DNA of 61,124 nt, counting the filler, from Catajapyx aquilonaris (Eukaryota): NCBI GenBank assembly GCA_000934665.2. It is 2 parts of 2 records of this genome, joined end to end, with 100 filler letters (N's around TTAATTAATTAA, not from the genome) between each part and the next. Parts side by side here need not be neighbours in the genome. Positions count along the whole stretch, not along the records: positions 30,658 to 61,124 come from JYFJ02004639.1; 1 more part is not named here. One strand, given 5' to 3'. Made by a program: the position numbers and the translations under genes. The notes beneath the pieces are model-generated. The model did not search any database and had not been told where the DNA came from. It was given only the letters and a program-made list of their open reading frames with translations. Positions 59,801 to 61,124 of the stretch are shown in pieces (position 1 is the first letter of the stretch; every line of letters begins with the position of its first letter).

Positions 59801-61124
59801 AAATACACGAGAAGCCTAGTTGCTAATATTTCCGCATAATATTGCAGTTCGCTTATTTATAAATTCTGTAGTTATTTTTAATGTTTGCATTTAAAACTTT
59901 AGGACACGCACTGTGATTCAGAAATGGGTAGACGTTATTAATATTTATAGGCATCGAGACTTGACTGAGGAATAAGGACTGACCTGACCAATGATGCCCA
60001 ACAGCCTGACTACGTATACCCCGGCTTTTATTTACATTGAAGCCAAAGTATAATGCACAATACGCTATAATATATGATGAATTTGGTGATGATGGGAACA
60101 GCCCGCGAGCCGCAGCCATCCAATATAATGACCAGATGAGTTGTTAATGGCGCGCGACATGAATAACATCCTCAAGTCGTGATATGTCGGCTGCTTACAA
60201 TTGCACTTCACACCTATACTGATACAAAAGAGTTTAGGTGTCGCCGGGATAAACATGGCATGGTGTGAAAAAGCCGACATGTTGGAGAATGCTACGCCAA
60301 TGTTGATTGATTCAATAGAGAGCAAAGCAAATTAGTCACTCAGGGTATTTTTAAAACCTTTGCCACCTTGGGGAAAATTTGTTCACGTGCAAAGTAGTTA
60401 TATGGATAAATACAGGATGAATGTGGGTTTCATGCTTATATCTTATTTTGTGTTGTTGGTATATTATAGTGTCAAAAAAAAAGTTTAACTAGACTTTTTG
60501 AACAATACTCGCGTGCACCTCTCAGGTGGTTTCGTTTCCAGAATTGCGGGTGGGTCATTCCATGTCAATTCACCGAGCCCCCTGACCCTTGGGTTGTCAG
60601 ATTTTGACGAAAATCGGCGAATCGCTTTAATTACGTCTTTCAAAAATACCATTTGCGCGGTTTTGAGATTTACCCCCCCTCCCCGGAGATAGGCCCACCG
60701 AAAAAAACGTCATTTTCGGAAGGTAGGGTTTCAGAAATCGGTCATATCTCGTGAACCAATTGAGCTACAGACGTCGTAGACCGCTCCCTTTGAAGATATT
60801 CGATAGCCCAATCTCACTAAGGATTGAAAATTCGTATTTTGACTTTTTTGAAAATTTTGTCCCATTTTCAAAATTTCAATTAAAAAAAAAAAAATCCGCC
60901 TAATTTAAAAATCCGATTTTTAAATATGTTGTAACTCAGACCCTTTCCCTGACATAGAAAAAAAATCTCAGGAGGAGTTTTTTGATTTAAAGAAAATAAT
61001 TGCATTTGAAGGAACGCATGTGCGCCATGAAAGTACGCAATGGGGCCAAATATAGGCCCTAATCAGTCCCAGAATGATCCATGAACAGAGTTATCTAAAT
61101 AGACACTGTCTAATGGGATGACTA

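Noticed and set aside
59853..60119. FGFNVNKSRG as a Helitron/PIF1 helicase motif (TINKSQG)
   Set aside because: Similarity too weak and the flanking GQLYVA-type motif is absent

Overview
Transposon-rich animal (invertebrate, probably arthropod) nuclear DNA, not prokaryotic. Nearly all entries in the ORF track are spurious or lie in repeats. The supportable protein genes are all on the minus strand: (1) a complete 5-exon TMED10/p24-delta gene (53400->47789, 213 aa, ending FFKAKKLIE); (2) a 2-exon DMAC1/TMEM261-like small gene (42732->42295, 83 aa); (3) the last two coding exons of PEX19 (25539->23215, ending in the CaaX motif CVVM); (4) an isolated 79-nt first exon resembling DNA polymerase alpha subunit B (POLA2; 34915->34837), with an E2F-type site upstream. 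The missing parts of PEX19 and the POLA2-like gene both point into an exactly 100-nt gap (N44-TTAATTAATTAA-N44, 30558-30657). This gap looks like an artificial six-frame-stop linker, so the two halves of the window may not be truly adjacent. The rest is a dense patchwork of non-autonomous DNA transposons (Tc1/mariner, hAT, piggyBac-like, Sola-like, Zator-like, Academ-like, a THAP-bearing foldback), many of them long palindromes, plus four tRNA-derived SINE families and microsatellites. I found no convincing novel multi-gene system. The most unusual biology is in the foldback elements: a ~2.9-kb run of four adjacent palindromes, a palindrome centred on (AAT)n/(ATT)n, and a 1.3-kb foldback built of tandem subrepeats that splits a SINE promoter. 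All family assignments come from recalled motifs, not database searches.
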